Shown: positions 33,342-52,275 of the stretch, piece by piece
Numbering within the stretch: position 1 is the first letter of the stretch
Layout: each line of letters opens with the position of its first letter
Origin: the human T2T-CHM13v2.0 reference genome, Homo sapiens
Length of the DNA: 64,000 nt
Assembly (NCBI RefSeq): GCF_009914755.1
Contig: NC_060930.1
Strand: one strand, 5' to 3'
Position numbers and translations under genes: made by a program
The notes under the pieces: model-generated
Databases searched by the model: none
What the model saw: only the letters and a program-made list of their open reading frames with translations
Told to the model about the DNA's origin: nothing

Positions 33342-34096
33342 GAAAATACAGACTGTATATTGGAACCCCATCAGCCTGGTCACAGATGCCATCTCAGACC
33401 TCCCCAAACCCTCTGCTCATTTGGGTCTCTTCAGTCACGCTCTTTTAGCTGACTGTTTCCCCTCTGCTGGCCATACCCAAGTGTCCAGACCAAATTCAAG
33501 CCTCCTCCAGGACTTGGACTGTTGATCTCCCTCCTCCCATCAGACTGTGTCCCGATATGGCACTGTGTCTCTCCCTAAGGTGTGTACTCTCCTGAGAGAC
33601 GCTTCCTTGGAACTGATGCTAAGGCACATCAGAAGGATCTCAGGGTGGAAAGGCTCCTATACAGCCGTCTGAAAACAAAAACAAAACAGAGGGGAGCTCC
33701 TATGGTTGAGGGTCAGAAGGAGACCCTACCTTCCTTCTCCTGCTATGAGTCTGACAGGGGGCGTATTCAATACTCTCCCACACCCTCAGTTCTCATGCCC
33801 CAGAGACCCCAAACATGTTTTCATTATCTCTCTTCATTATGTCTTCTGGATCTCTCTTCCCCTGTTCCTTCAATGTGCATTGTTGAGTGCTTACTGCATA
33901 CTCAGTAATACTCCATTTGTCTTCTGCCCATAACCCAGGAGCCCAGAGTCCTAGTTACTGGTCTCTTTTGCGTCACCTATTACTGTTTGCTGTAGAGATG
34001 TGAGGTCCTACTCTCTTGGCTCAGTTCATTAGGGCTTCTTTCATGCTAAAGCAGGCCCACAGGACTTCCTGACCAGAAAACAAATTCTTGAGCTGC

Positions 34097-34358
34097 AACA
34101 GGTTTCTAACCCGATCCCTGCTTCAAAGGGTGGGTCCCTTCCACTCTGACAACCATGATCTCCTCATCCCATTCTACTTCCTGCTGCAACCCAGCCAAGC
34201 ACCCTGCCTAGTGTGGTCATGTCATTCTCCTTTCTCACCTTCCTCTTGACCCCTGCTCTATTCCGTCCCAGGCTTGGTATCGTTCTCTCACCTGCCTGTA
34301 GTTGGCAGACTGTCAGGTCAACTGCCCCACCCCTCCTCAGACCATATGAAGCTATAAA
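34097..34358 (+). promoter_or_regulatory. MUC21 proximal promoter (AACAGGTTT, GGGTGGG, TATA)
   Basis: TATAAA 34353-34358; motifs at 34097-34105 and 34128-34134 conserved in both paralogous promoters. Confidence 0.75.
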
Positions 34359-34622
34359 GGCCCCTGCAGCTCTTTCACAACAGAGAAAGAGGCAACTACA
34401 TTGCCTGGAGGAAGCCTAAGGAACCCAGGCATCCAGCTGCCCACGCCTGAGTCCAAGATTCTTCCCAGGAACACAAACGTAGGAGACCCACGCTCCTGGA
34501 AGCACCAGCCTTTATCTCTTCACCTTCAAGTCCCCTTTCTCAAGAATCCTCTGTTCTTTGCCCTCTAAAGTCTTGGTACATCTAGGACCCAGGCATCTTG
34601 CTTTCCAGCCACAAAGAGACAG

Positions 34623-34683
34623 ATGAAGATGCAGAAAGGAAATGTTCTCCTTATGTTTGGTCTACTATTGCATTTAGAAGCTG
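34623..34683 (+). CDS. MUC21: MUC21 exon 1, signal peptide MKMQKGNVLLMFGLLLHLEA
   Basis: ATG 34623; phase-1 donor G|GTGAGT 34683/34684. Confidence 0.93.
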
Positions 34684-35052
34684 GTGAGTGATTTTATTTA
34701 AAATCGGGTGGTCTGAGAACCTTTGAGGAGTTGGGAGAGAAATGTGACCACTACTGGGGCCAGCTCTGCTTCTCTTCCATAGAGTGAGGATCATCATTTT
34801 ACTCGAATCACTTCAGCCTAACAAGGTATGTCATGCAGGAAGCAGTCAGACACAGTGGTTAAAATTGGGCTCTGGTCTCACATTGCCTACATTTGAATTA
34901 TGGCTCCATCTATTAACTGTGTACTTTAGGTCAGTTGCTTCTCTGCGCCTCGATTTCTGCATCTGTAAAATGGTAACAACCTGTGTAATATGGTTGGGGT
35001 TTTAAATATTAAGAACAAGAAGAGTCGGCTGCTTTTAAAATGTCACTCTTCT

Positions 35053-35699
<647 letters not shown>

Positions 35700-36417
35700 C
35701 CACTCTTCTATATTCTACAAACTCAATTTCTCTCCTACCCCTACACCTAATTCCTCGTCAGCTTCCCACGTACAGGCTGGGGAGGTTGAATGTCTTCATC
35801 CTTCTGGGAAATCAAGGGCAAAAATTTGACATAACCTTAACTCCAGCCAAGCCTCCAAGAAGTTAAAAGCCTTCCCTCTACCTTTAGACGTTGGTTTACA
35901 GCCCTTATTCCTGGGAGCTCTTATGTATTTGAGCTACATATAACTCGTTCTTCTCTAGCCTTGGCCATAGTGATCAAGGGCCCCTGAAACTTGAATGCAT
36001 ATAGTCACCTGGCTTCTTGTTGTACATGCAGACTCCTGGGCCCCATCTCAAATTCTAATTCATTTAGTCTGGAATGATTTGCTTAAGAATATTTTCAACA
36101 TGCTCCCTTAAGTAATTCTGAAATAAGTGTGTTCTGAATATTATTCTGAGAAATATTTTCCAAGAAGGAAGCAATACTACTTAAGAAAAAAATTGATCAG
36201 TATATACTAGTTTCACCTAGTCCTATAATTCTTTTATAATACTTTATATCTGTATTGTATCTTGCATAGCAGAATGTGGAAAAAGGTTAGCTACCAGTGA
36301 AACTAGATGATGTAACTCTGGCATTGTGGGTGGGTGGTTGACTTAGCTTAGTCTCCACAAGTGCAGATTTAGTAGCCTGGGTTCAGTTTCCTGTTCCACC
36401 ACTCACTAGCTGTGTAA

Positions 36418-36781
<364 letters not shown>

Positions 36782-36810
36782 CTATGTTATAGCACCATAG
36801 TGAGCATTAA

Positions 36811-38349
<1,539 letters not shown>

Positions 38350-38658
38350 TAATATGTAAGAAAATGCCTGGGGGAAGGAGCAGCAGAAACACAAGGAAAT
38401 GGGTGTGAATAGAAGGGGTCTCAAGTCAGGGGTGGGTAGGGAGGAAGGGAGATCAGGAAAGAGTAACACAGAGACATGGTAGGTCAATGCAGAGGAAGCT
38501 GCTGACCTGCGGGAAAAGGGGGCCACAGAAAGGACTGGAGAAAGGAGAACTAGGTAAAGAGTATGGTTGGAAGTGGGAGAAGATTCCAGAAGGCGTACGT
38601 GGTAAAGGCGTGGGAGACAGGGATGCAATTCTGAAACTATTGACTCTTCTTTTTTTAG

Positions 38659-38853
<195 letters not shown>

Positions 38854-39051
38854 GCAGCCCCGGAAGCAAGTGCCGCATTCTTCAGGAAGGAAGAGACCTG
38901 GGCACCCAAGACCTGGTTTCCTTTCATTCATCCCAGGAGACCCCTCCCAGCTTTGTTTGAGATCCTGAAAATCTTGAAGAAGGTATTCCTCACCTTTCTT
39001 GCCTTTACCAGACACTGGAAAGAGAATACTATATTGCTCATTTAGCTAAGA

Positions 39052-39057
39052 AATAAA
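39052..39057 (+). terminator. Proximal polyadenylation signal of MUC21
   Basis: First AATAAA ~200 nt after the stop. Confidence 0.65.
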
Positions 39058-39934
39058 TACATCTCATCTAACACACACGACAAAGAGAAGCTGTGCGTGC
39101 CCCGGGGTGGGTATCTAGCTCTGAGATGAACTCAGTTATAGGAGAAAACCTCCATGCTGGACTCCATCTGGCATTCAAAATCTCCACAGTAAAATCCAAA
39201 GACCTCATTCTTATCTGTGTGTCTGCATTTTCTAATCCTTTTTGCCCCAGGCAAGGTCCCTGTATCTCTGAGACACCCCGATTGGCTGGAGAATTGACTT
39301 GGGAGAGATAAGGAGGGAGGGCGGGTGCCAGCATGCTATGGGCTCCTGCGTGAGGCCTGTGGTACACAGAGATTAGGTTGTGATACATGAAGAGCCAAGA
39401 GCAGGATGAGGTGGAGGCGTTACAACTACCTGCTCTGTGTGTGGGGGGGGAGGGGGGAGGGGGGTACGCATATTCACTTGAAGTCGAGGTTCCCAGGGCA
39501 TTTCCATGTGCTCCAGGCCTGACTACCCATCAGGGTGGAGGAGCTGGTGACACTCATCTCCCTGAGTGCTCCCTGGTTTCCCAAGGGAAAGACTTTCTGG
39601 CCTGCTGAGGTCGAATCTTCCAAGAGGCTCTTGCAAAGACCCGAGATTCTCATAAATCCCCGCCCAGAAGAGCTGCACGTATCCCTTTCATGAGTCCAGG
39701 GAAGAGGGTCCTCCAGGTCTTGGAAGACAGAGGGGAGCTGCTTTAGAGGCTAAGTTGCTTTGAGCCCACAAGGTAATGGAGGGCTCCTACTTGGGACAGA
39801 GCCCTCAGCAGAGAATTAGCAGTCTGTTGGTGGGTTCACCCCAACTCACAGCAGTAGAAACTGCTCCATCTTCCACCACTTATTGGGTTTCTCCAGTGTC
39901 AGCAAACCAAAGAATTGGATCTTACCAATGCGGC

Positions 39935-40646
39935 TATAGGAAAACAGCCTGTTGCATGGTAAGAGTGATACCATCTTGAAGTGAAACCACCACAATGGCC
40001 ATTTTTTTTTTAGATGGAGTTTTGCAGTGGTGCAATCATAGCTCATTGCAGCCTTCAATTCCTGGGCTCAGGCAATCCTCCTGCCTCAGCCTCCTGAGTA
40101 GCTGGGACTACAGTTTCGTGTGCCACCATGCCTGGCTAATTTTTAGAATTTTTTGTAGGGACAGGGCCTCACTCTGTTGCACAAGCTGGTCTTGAACTCC
40201 TGGCCTCCTTGAACTCCTCCTGCCTTGGCCTCCCAAAATGCTGAGATTACAGGTGTGAGCCACTGCACCTCGCCAGATGTCCAATGTCTGACTCCTGCAT
40301 ACCAAGGTGTTCTGTATCAAGGGCTTTAAAACAATGCCTGTAGCGTAATTAACCTCTCACAAAGATGCTTATCTAACCTCCCCAGCAGTCATGGGTTTCA
40401 GCAAGAAAGTCTGTGATGTGACCAGTTGCACATGTTTTCCCCTAAAAGCTTACTCTAGAAAGGATATTTTTTGGAGAGGGAGTGTGGGAATCCACCATCT
40501 TGTGGCCACCTCAGACATCACTTCTCTTTGGAAGACTCCATTAAATATTTCTCTGTGAGAAACTGGATTTGTCAGTCTCTTTCTTTGATCTCTTTTCCCC
40601 TCAAAATTTAGGGGTAGGTTTGTGTAGACCTGTTCATGGTAGAACA
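39935..40646 (+). mobile_element. LTR47-type 5' LTR, split by an antisense AluJ (40002-40273)
   Basis: t(a)taggaaaacagcctgttgcatgg...agaaca followed by PBS-like tttggtgatccccc; similar to the LTR at 50914-53425. Confidence 0.82.
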
Positions 40647-41810
40647 TTTGGTGATCCCCCAGCCAGTAGCTGGGAGAACAAGGAATGGGTAAGGAGAATG
40701 AAGCATCTGTAAGGAAACCCCAGGGCGGCAGCCACGTCTGTGTAGGGTTGGATGGCACAACTGTTCGATACCTGTGTACCTCTGTGTGAGTGCAGGGATG
40801 CCTTGAAAATGCCAGGTGGCCTAGAGCAGTTATTAACTGAAAGCCGCATAGTGCACTGGGGTACGGAAGGTCGGCCAATAGCCACTGCAGAGGGTTGGGT
40901 GCTTCTTTTGGCAATGAAGATCCGGCTAGCAGCAGAAGCCAAAATTAAATGTCTAGAGAAGGAATTGCAACTAGAAAAAGACGTGTACCTCTCCATGTCT
41001 CTCCTCACATCCAACTTAGCAAACAAAATTGAAGACCAAGAGACAAAAATTGAAATGTTAGCATGTAGATTTGTCCACCTAGGGCGAAAGATATGGAAAT
41101 GACCAAAAATCAGAGCTCTCATGAGAAAGCCCAACCGGGATGTGAAAACTTGGAATCCCTGGGATTGTTATGAAGAGGAAGACTGATGACATAGAAGTCA
41201 CAGGTGTGGAGGGGGATGGGGATCATTGGCAAGCTCGCTGTCTCATGCAAAGGAAAGTGAAACCTAACATTGGCAGCAAAACGGGGGTCAGCTGATACAG
41301 GAGACTCTCACTGTCAGGGAACCTACCGCTGCAGAACTCTTAGAGATTGCAAAGGCCTTTAAACAACTACCGAGGAAATCCCTGGCTGCTTGGATGGTCT
41401 GATTGTGGGACACAGGGGCTGATGATATTTCCTTAACAGGAGAAGCAGAAAAAATGAGTAACATCACCACCCATGCAGCCCTGCAGAAGCATCTTTGCTA
41501 AGGCAAGGCAGACGCAAGGGAGTCATAGCTTATGGACTGGCTCATTCTAGCTATGAGGGAGGCTTGACCTAATGAGGGAAATTTACCGGGAAGGATGACC
41601 TCCTGGCAGTCAACAGAAAAGGCCCAAGGGCTTCTCCAAGAATTAGGAATGAGTCAAGTCATCTATGTTTGGGTTCTCACAGGACTTAAAACAGTTTTTT
41701 CCTGCAGGGATGAAAAATAAATTGCTGAAGGGTGCACCAGGAGAATGGCACAACCCTTGGCTCATGTTATTGAGTCCTATAAATGGGACAAGAAGTATAT
41801 GATGTGGGAA

Positions 41811-42564
<754 letters not shown>

Positions 42565-43190
42565 CTAGAGTCAAGAACAGGCAAATGTGGCATGACTTAT
42601 TGGGAGCAGAAAAATTCTGAGAAAAAAATATGTAAAAAATGTTAAAATATGGAAAATATGAAAAATGCTGTGTTAGTAGCCTTATGGAGGGAAGTACAGA
42701 CTGAAGGGCTGTTTTGTCCCTTCATTTCTGCCCCTCTAGCAGAAGAGGAAGATGACTCAACCCCTCATTCTAATACTCCAGCCTATCAGAGGGGGATTCC
42801 ATGCTGGGCCCAAGATTAGCAGTGGGACCAAGGTCAACCCCACGTTGCAGGTGACCAGAGGCCCCATATTGAGCTCACCATTTACTGTTCCTCTCAAAAA
42901 AATAAGGAGAAGACTATTTCCTTAGTAGATACTAGGGCAGAATATACTTTAATTCATGGAAATCCATAAATACACCCTGGTCAATGGTCTGCCATCACTG
43001 GTTATGGGGACAAACGATCTGGATGAGAAGGACTTTAATACATCTAGGTATTGGGGAAGCTCCCCTGCCCCATATGTGGTGTTTATTTTTCTTATTCCAG
43101 AAAACATTTTAGGCACAGGTATTCTGTTAGGAAAGACTTAGCAAACTTCAGTGGAAAAATTCAGATCGAAGGTGCATGTAGTGAAGACTG

Positions 43191-44667
43191 TTTTTTTTTT
43201 TTTTTTTTTCTTTTTCTTCTTTCTTTTTATTTATTTATTTATTTATTTATTTATTTTTTATTGATCATTCTTGGGTGTTTCTCGCAGAAGGAGATTTGGC
43301 AGGGTCATAGGACAATAATGGAGGGAAGGTCAGCAGATAAACAAGTGAACAAAGGTCTCTGGTTTTCCTAGGCAGAGGACCCTGAGGCCTTCCGCAGTGT
43401 TTGTGTCCCTGGGTACTTGAGATTAGGGAGTGGTGATGACTCTTAACGAGCATGCTGCCTTCAAGCATCTGTTTAACAAAGCACATCTTGCACCGCCCTT
43501 AATCCATTTAACCCTGAGTGGACACAGCACTCGTTTCAGAGAGCACAGGGTTGGGGGTAAGGTCACAGATCAACAGGATCCCAAGGCAGAAGAATTTTTC
43601 TTAGTACAGAACAAAATGAAAAGTCTCCCATGTATACTTCTTTCTACACAGACACAGCAACCATCCGATTTCTCAATCTTTTCCCCACCTTTCCCCCCTT
43701 TCTATTCCACAAAACCGCCATCGTCATCATGGCCCATTCTCAATGAGCTGTTGGGTACACCTCCCAGACGGGGTGGTGGCCTGGCAGAGGGGCTCCTCAC
43801 TTCCCAGTAGTGGCGGCCAGTCAGAGGCGCCCCTCACCTCCCGGACGGGGCAGCTGGCCGGGCGGGGGGCTGACCCCCCCACCTCCCTCCCGGACGGGTT
43901 GGCTGCCGGGCGGAGAGGCTCCTCACTTCCCAAACGGGGTGGCTGCCGGGCGGAGGGGCTCCTCACTTCTCAGACGGGGCGGCTGCCGGGCGGAGGGGCT
44001 CCTCACTTCTCAGACGGGGCGGTTGCCAGGCAGAGGGTCTCCTCACTTCTCAGACGGGGCGGCCGGGCAGAGACGCTCCTCACCTCCCAGACGGGGTCGC
44101 GGCCGGGCAGAGGCGCTCCTCACATCCCAGACGGGGCGGCGGGGCAGAGGCGGTCCCCACATCTCAGACGATGGGCGGCCGGGCAGAGACGCTCTTCACT
44201 TCCTAGATGTGATGGCGGCCAGGAAGAGGTGTTCCTCACTTCCTAGATGGGATGGCGGCCGGGCTGAGACGCTCCTCACTTTCCAGACTGGGCAGCCAGG
44301 CAGAGGGGCTCCTCACATCCCAGACGATGGGCGGCCAGGCGGAGACGCTCCTCACTTCCCAGATGGGGTGGCGGCCGGGCAGAGGCTGCAATCTCGGCAT
44401 TTTGGGAGGCCAAGGCAGGCGGCTGGGAGGTGGAGGTTGTAGCGAGCCGAGATCACGCCACTGCACTCCAGCCTGGGCACCATTGAGCACTGAGTGAACG
44501 AGACTCCCGTCTGCAATCCCGGCACCTCGGGAGGCCGAGGCTGGCGGATCACTCGCGGTTAGGAGCTGGAGACCGGCCTGGCCAACACAGCGAAACCCCA
44601 TCTCCACCAAAAAAAATACGAAAACCAGTCAGGCGTGGCGGCGCGTGCCTGCAATCGCAGGCACTCC
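43191..44667 (-). mobile_element. SVA retrotransposon, 5'-truncated
   Basis: Poly-T, SINE-R (ttgatcattcttgggtgtttctcgcag), GC-rich VNTR, Alu-like region; no CCCTCT head; TSD GTGAAGACTGTT(T/C)TT 43181-43195/44668-44682. Confidence 0.95.
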
Positions 44668-44940
44668 GTGAAGACTGTTCTTGAGAGAGGAAGAAAATGG
44701 GAGCCCCTACAACTTCCTGCCCCTACATGGCGTTGTCAACATTAAATGATTCATATTGTCCAGGGGGTATGCTGAAATAAGTGCAATTATTATCCTCCCA
44801 ATAAGTGCAACTATTATCCACCCAGCACAAAGCCCATGAAAGAGTCTTGTCTTTTTTCGCATTCCCGTCTTTTCTTCTAGTTTTGTTATCTTGTTGGCAT
44901 TATGTCAGCCGCTGAAGCTTTTACTGTGCTGCAGCCATGG

Positions 44941-46729
44941 CTTTTCTTTTTTTAACTTTTATTTTAAGTTCGGGGGTTCATATGCAGGTTTGTTACATAA
45001 GTAAATGTGTGTCATGGGGGTTTTTTTGTACAGGTTATTTCGTCACCCAGCTATTAAGCCTAGTACCCATTAGTTATTTTTCCTGATCCTCTCCCTCCTC
45101 CCACCCTCCACCCTCTGATAGGCCCCAGTGGGTGTTGTTCCCCTCTATGTGTCCCTGTGTTCTCATCATTTAGCTTCTACTTATAAGCGAGAACATGCGG
45201 TATTTGGTTTTCTGTTCCTGCATTAGTTTGCTAAGAATAATGGCCTCCAGCTCCATCCATGTCCCTGCAAAGGACATGATCTTGTTCTTTTTGTATGACT
45301 GCATAGTAGTCCATGATGTATATATACCACATTTTCTTTATCCAGTCTATCGCTGATGGGCATTTAGGTTGATTCCATGTCTTTGCTATTGTGAATACCA
45401 CTGCAATGAACACATGCATGCATTTTTTTTTTTTTTTGAGATGGAGTTTTGCTCTTGTTGCCGAGGCTAGAGTGCAATGGTGCGATCTCACTCACTGCAA
45501 CCTCTGCCTCCCGGGATCAAGCGATTCTCCTGCCTCAGCCACCCCAGTAGCTGGGATTACAGGCATGTGGCGCCACGCCCATATAATCTTGTATTTTTAG
45601 TAGAGACAGGGGTTTCTCCATATTGGTCAGCCTGGTCTCGAACTCCTGACCTCAGGTGATCCACCTGCCTCAGCCTCCCAAAGTGATGGGATTACAGGCA
45701 TGAGCCACCGTGCCTGGCCACGTCCATGTGCTTTTATAACAGAATGATTTATATTCCTTTGGGTATATACCCAGTAATGGGATTGCTGGATCAGATGGTA
45801 TCTGTCTTTAAGTCTTTGAAGAATCACCACAGTGTCTTCCACAATGACTGAACTAATTTATACTCCCACCAACAGTGTATAAGCATTCTTTTTTCTCCAC
45901 AACCTCGCCAGCATCTTTTATTTTTTGACTTTTTAATAATAGCTGTTCTGACTGGCGTGAGATGATATCTTATTGTGGGTTTTTGTTTGTTTGTTTTGAG
46001 ATGGAGTTTCGCTCTTATTGCCCAGGCTGGAGTGCAATGGCACAATATCATTGTGGTTTTGATATGCGTTTCTCTAATAATCAATGATGTTTAGCTTTTT
46101 AAAATATGTTTGTTGGCCACATGTATGTCTTCTTTTGGGAAGTGTCTGTTCATGTCCTTTGTCCACTTTTTGATGGAATTGTTTGCTTTTTTAAAATAAA
46201 TTTGTTTAAGTTCCTTATAGATGCTGAATATGAGCCCTTTGTCAGATGCATAGTTTGCAAAAATTTTCTCCCATTCTGTAGGTTGTCTGTTTACTCTGTT
46301 GATAGTTTCTTTTGCTGTGCAGAAGCTCTTTCGTTTAGTTAAATCCCATTTTCAATTTTTCCTTTTGTTGCAATTGCTTTCAGAATCTTCGTCATGAAAT
46401 TTTTGCCCATGCCTATGTCCTGAATGGTATTACCTAGGTTGTCTTCCAGGGTTTTATAGTTTTGGGTTTTACATTTAAGTCTTTAATCCATCGTGAGTTA
46501 ATTTTTGTGTAAGGTGTAAAGAAGGGGTCCAGTTTGAATTGTTTGCATATGGCTAGCCTGTTATCCCAGCACCGTTTATTGAACAGGGAATTCTTTCCCC
46601 ATTGTTTGCTTTCGTCAGGTTTGTTGAAGATCAGATAGTCGTGGGTGCGTGGTCTTATTTCTGTGTTTTCTATTCTGTTCCACTGGTGTATGTGTCTGTT
46701 CTTGTACCAGTACCATGTTGTTTTGGTTT
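44941..46729 (-). mobile_element. L1PA-type 3' ~1.4 kb with nested Alu (45423-45719) and a short truncated Alu (45978-46046)
   Basis: L1 3' UTR and ORF2 end ([17 protein letters not shown]...[20 protein letters not shown]). Confidence 0.92.
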
Positions 46730-46820
46730 GCAGTAATGTCTTATGGTATTGGGTGCTCATCTATGGAATGGAGATGGGCCATCAATCCTCAGAAGATGCA
46801 AGGCCCAGAGCCCACAGTGA

Positions 46821-47142
<322 letters not shown>

Positions 47143-48400
47143 CACAGTGAAGTTTTTAGGGGTTACATGGTTGGGTAACACTCCTTTGATACTGGGTGCA
47201 ATAATTGACAAAGCCCAACAATGTCAACTCCAGAAACAGTCAAAGAAATCCAAACATTTGTGGGTCTTTTGGGTTATTGGAGAGTATGCATCCCATACTT
47301 AGCACAGTTTTTGAGATCCCTATACAGACTTATCAGAGAAAGGGCACATTGGGCCTGGGACACACCACAGCAGGAAGCTTTGAACAGGCTGAAGTGTTGG
47401 TACAGCAGGCACAGGCCTTAGGCACCCCTTTGGAGGGTACAGCTAGGACTTTGGATGTTACTGCTGCTCCTGAGGATATGAGTGGGGCCTTATGGCAACC
47501 GCAGTCTAGGGAATCAGTCCTTTTAAGAAAGGAGCCAAAACCAGATACTCTCCTGTTGAACAAGAAGTGCTAGTAGTAGAGAATGCTTTACAGCAGGTGG
47601 AATTGCTAACAAAGACCCTTCCCATGACTGTGAGAATAGGTCTACCAATCAAGGGATGGTTAGAAGGATTTTTAAACAACCCACCTCCGCTGTAGCCCCA
47701 ACACCTACCTTGAATAAATGGCATGATTATTTGCAACAAGGAAGAATGCTAGCAATGAGTCCCTTAAGCCCAGAATTACATACTGCATTAGGCTCTGTTA
47801 TGACGTGAACAAACAAAGGATACCACCTGACCCTCTCCAACTCCAGCACCTGACATGGTAAGCATCCAGATGATGCTTGGTGTACAGAGGACTCCAGCAG
47901 GGGAAACCGCTGTTCTTGGACCGCTGTTGCTACACAGCCACAAACTGATACAATCTGGTTTGATACAGGTGGGCATCAGAGGAGCCACTGGGATGAGTTG
48001 CAAGCAGCCTGGTTAATAGTCACATATGAGCCTGGCCCCTGGTTCTTTGCACTGATAGCTGAGCTGTATTCAAAGGCCTAATTATGTGGCTGGCTCAACA
48101 GGAACTAGAAAAGTGGATGATTATGCACAAACCTATATGGGGCATGAACATGTGGCAAGACATACGGAAAAAGCCGCAAAGCCTTGTGGCTGATTTAACT
48201 GTATTTCAGGTGACTGCACATAAAAACCACTCAGTTCCACAAAACATGGAAGCTAAAACCCTAAAAAAAATTAGAAGCATCATGCCAGCTCAGGCCTCTG
48301 AACTATTGACCTGGGTACATAACAAAAGTGGTCACAGAAGTGCAAGAGTAGGCTGGGAGACAGTCAAGGAAGCAGGATTACTCTTAAAATGTAGTGACCA

Positions 48401-48858
<458 letters not shown>

Positions 48859-50098
48859 TATAGTGCCTTCCCAACAGCTCTTACAAATTGTTTACCATGT
48901 TCTCTATTGTAGATCATATTGAGCAGGACACATTCAGATATTCAGAAGGCTGTCCACCATGTAACAGATTGGCAAGTGGATTATTTAGATACTGTCCCTG
49001 TAAGCCAAGGAAATAAATACATGTTAACCTGCATGGACACCGCTACTGGACTGCTGCAAGATTCTCCCTATAAGCAAGCTAATCAAGCCAGTACTATTAA
49101 AGGCTTAGAGGCTCTCAGTACTATGTATGGATATATCTGGCACATTGACAGTGACCGAGGGACCCATTTCGCTGGATATGACATGCAGGACTGGGCCAGG
49201 AAACATGATACACTATGGCACTTTTATCTCCCATAGAACCTCCAAGCAGCAGGGTTAATTGAAAGAAATACCAGTCTGTTGAAAGCACAAATTCAAACTC
49301 TAATTTGGGAAACCTACCTTGCATAGGCAGATGAATGTGTTATCTCCAACCTTTATTTCTTTAAATTCAGCCAAAGCAGGGACGCCTGCCCCATGTGACC
49401 GTCTAGGACAACGGTCCCCCAAGCCTACCACTGTTCCCATAGGGGTAATTGAGACGACTGCTTTGCTTGCTCCCAGACCTCATTGACAACCAGTGTCTTT
49501 TGCACATGAAGATGCCAGCAGATATACTACCGAGGAGGAAACACACCGAGCTTGGAACGACAAATAGCCCCAGGCTGGATAGGCTATTTCCTGCTAGAGA
49601 GTGACAACACCCTAAATAAAGAACAAAACAACCTGATACCCAAAAACAGGCTGGGTTTATTTGGTTAATTCCGTCTTTTGGCCATGTTAGTCAACTTGCT
49701 CCTCAGTCTTGGGAACAAATGAATCATTCTAAAGATACTTGGCCAAATTGCACAAGGGATATGTGATGGATAGCAAGAGACTGATTTTTATATACTATGC
49801 TATAATATAATAAAATACTCATTGGGCATGTTACAGAACGGACACTGTGTGCAGGAATCTTTTGGTTGGCCCCAAATGGAACTTCCTGGATATGTGGTAC
49901 CAATTTATGGCCTTGGTTACCCCCTGCATGTTTAGGAAGATGTTCTTTGGATTATACACGGGCACAGACTGAATAGTTCACACACTACAAAGCCTATCAA
50001 TCTCCCTCATTTGAAATCCCACTGGTTCTGATCTGTTTTTTATTGGTATGATTGTTTGGCCTCCATTTGTCTTCCTCATCCGGTTATTGAAGATATTA

Positions 50099-50506
<408 letters not shown>

Positions 50507-50972
50507 TTACCAGGCTTTACATATACTCACGCTGCACAACGGGGCACTTGTGCAATTGGAAAAACTGCTGTGTTTATATTCCTGATGAATCAGTTAATAT
50601 CGCTAAATTAATGACTGATATAAAAGCCCACATAACCAAGCTCTCAGACCCCTACTTTGAATAATTGGCTTCACAGCTGGTTTGGGTCCTGGGGCACCTG
50701 GTGGCATAAGCTGCTTCTTGGTTTAGGTGCTGTACTCGTACGTTCCTTACTGTCTTGTTTGAGCCTTTACTGCTGCTGTGTTATCTGCCTCCAGTGGAGC
50801 CAACGCACTGCTGCTAAAGCTATGCACTATCAAGGGTCCTCCCTTTAGGCCCAGGGACTATCATGGAAGAGATGAGCACGTGAAATTGTCAGGGCCAGTT
50901 TTGAGAGGTGGAGTGTAGGAATACAGCCTGTTGCACGGCAACAGGGACGCCATTTTGAAGCAAAGCTGCCAT

Positions 50973-52275
50973 TGAGAGGTGACAGGGTGCTGGAAGTCCG
51001 CACAGCCCTTGCTCGCTCTCAGCGCCTCCTCTGCCTGGGCTCCCACTTTGGCGGCACTTGAGGAGCCCTTCAGCCCACCGCTGCACTGTGGAAGCCCCTT
51101 TCTGGGCTGGCCAAGGCCGGAGCCCACTCCCTCAGCTTGCAGGGAGGTGTGGAGGGAGAGGTGCGAGCGGGAACCGGGGCTGCACGCGGCGCTTGCGGGC
51201 CAGCTGGAGTTCCGGGTGGGCGTGGGCTTGGCTGGCCCTGCCGGTCCTGGGCAATGAAGGGCTTAGCACCCGGGCCAGCAGCTGCGGACGGTGTACTGGG
51301 TCCCCCAGCAGTGCCAGCCCGCCGGCGCTGCACTCGATTTCTCACCAGGCCTTAGCTGCCTTCCCGCGGGGCAGGGCTTGGGACCTGCAGCCCGCCATGC
51401 CTGAGCCTCCCACCCCCTCCATGGGCTCCTATGCGGCCCGAGCCTCCCCGACGAGTGCCACCCCCTGCTCCAGGGCGCCCAGTCCCATCGACCACCCAAG
51501 GGCTGAGGAGTGCAAGCGCACGGCGCAGGACTGGCAGGCAGCTCCACCTGCAGCCCCGGTGCGGGATCCACTGGGTGAAGCCAGCTGGGCTCCTGAGTCT
51601 GGTGGGGATGTGGAGAACCTTTATGTCTAGCTCAGGGATTGTAAATACACCAATCCGCACTCTGTATCTAGCTCAAGGTTTGTAAACACACCAATCAGCA
51701 CCCTGAGTCTAGCTCAGGGTTCGTGAGTTCACCAATCGACACTCTGTATCTAGCTGCTCTGGTGGGGCCTTGAAGAACCTTCGTGTCCACACTCTGTATC
51801 TAGCTAATCTGGTGGGGACGTGGAGAACCTTTGTGTCTAGCTCAGGGATTGTAAACGCACCAATCAGCACCCTGTCAAAACAGACCACTCGGCTCTACCA
51901 ATCAGCAGGATGTGGGTGGGGCCAGATAAGAGAATAAAAGCAGGCTGCCCCAGCCAGCAGTGGTAACCCGCTCTGGTCCTTTTCCTGACTGTGGAAGCTT
52001 TGTTCTTTTGCTCTTTGCAATAAATCTTGCTACTGCTCACTCTTTGGGTCCATGCTGCTTTTGTGAGCTGTAACACTCATCGTGAAGATCTGCAGCTTCA
52101 TTCCTGAGCCAGCGAGACCACAAACCCACCAGAAGGAAGAAACTGTGAACACATGCGAACATCGGAAAGAACAAGCTCCAGACGCGCCACATTAAGTGCT
52201 GTAACAGTAACCGTGAGGGTCTGCGGCTTCATTCTTGAAGTCATTGAGACCAAGAAGCCACCAATTCTGGACACA
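50973..52275 (+). mobile_element. LTR12C-like (ERV9) solo LTR
   Basis: TGAGAGGTGACAG...ccaattctggacaca; repeated caccaatc..cactctgtatctagct enhancer units; 4-bp TSD ccat/tcat. Confidence 0.93.

Noticed and set aside
43430-44610. Gly/Arg/Pro-rich ORFs
   Set aside because: Translations of the SVA VNTR
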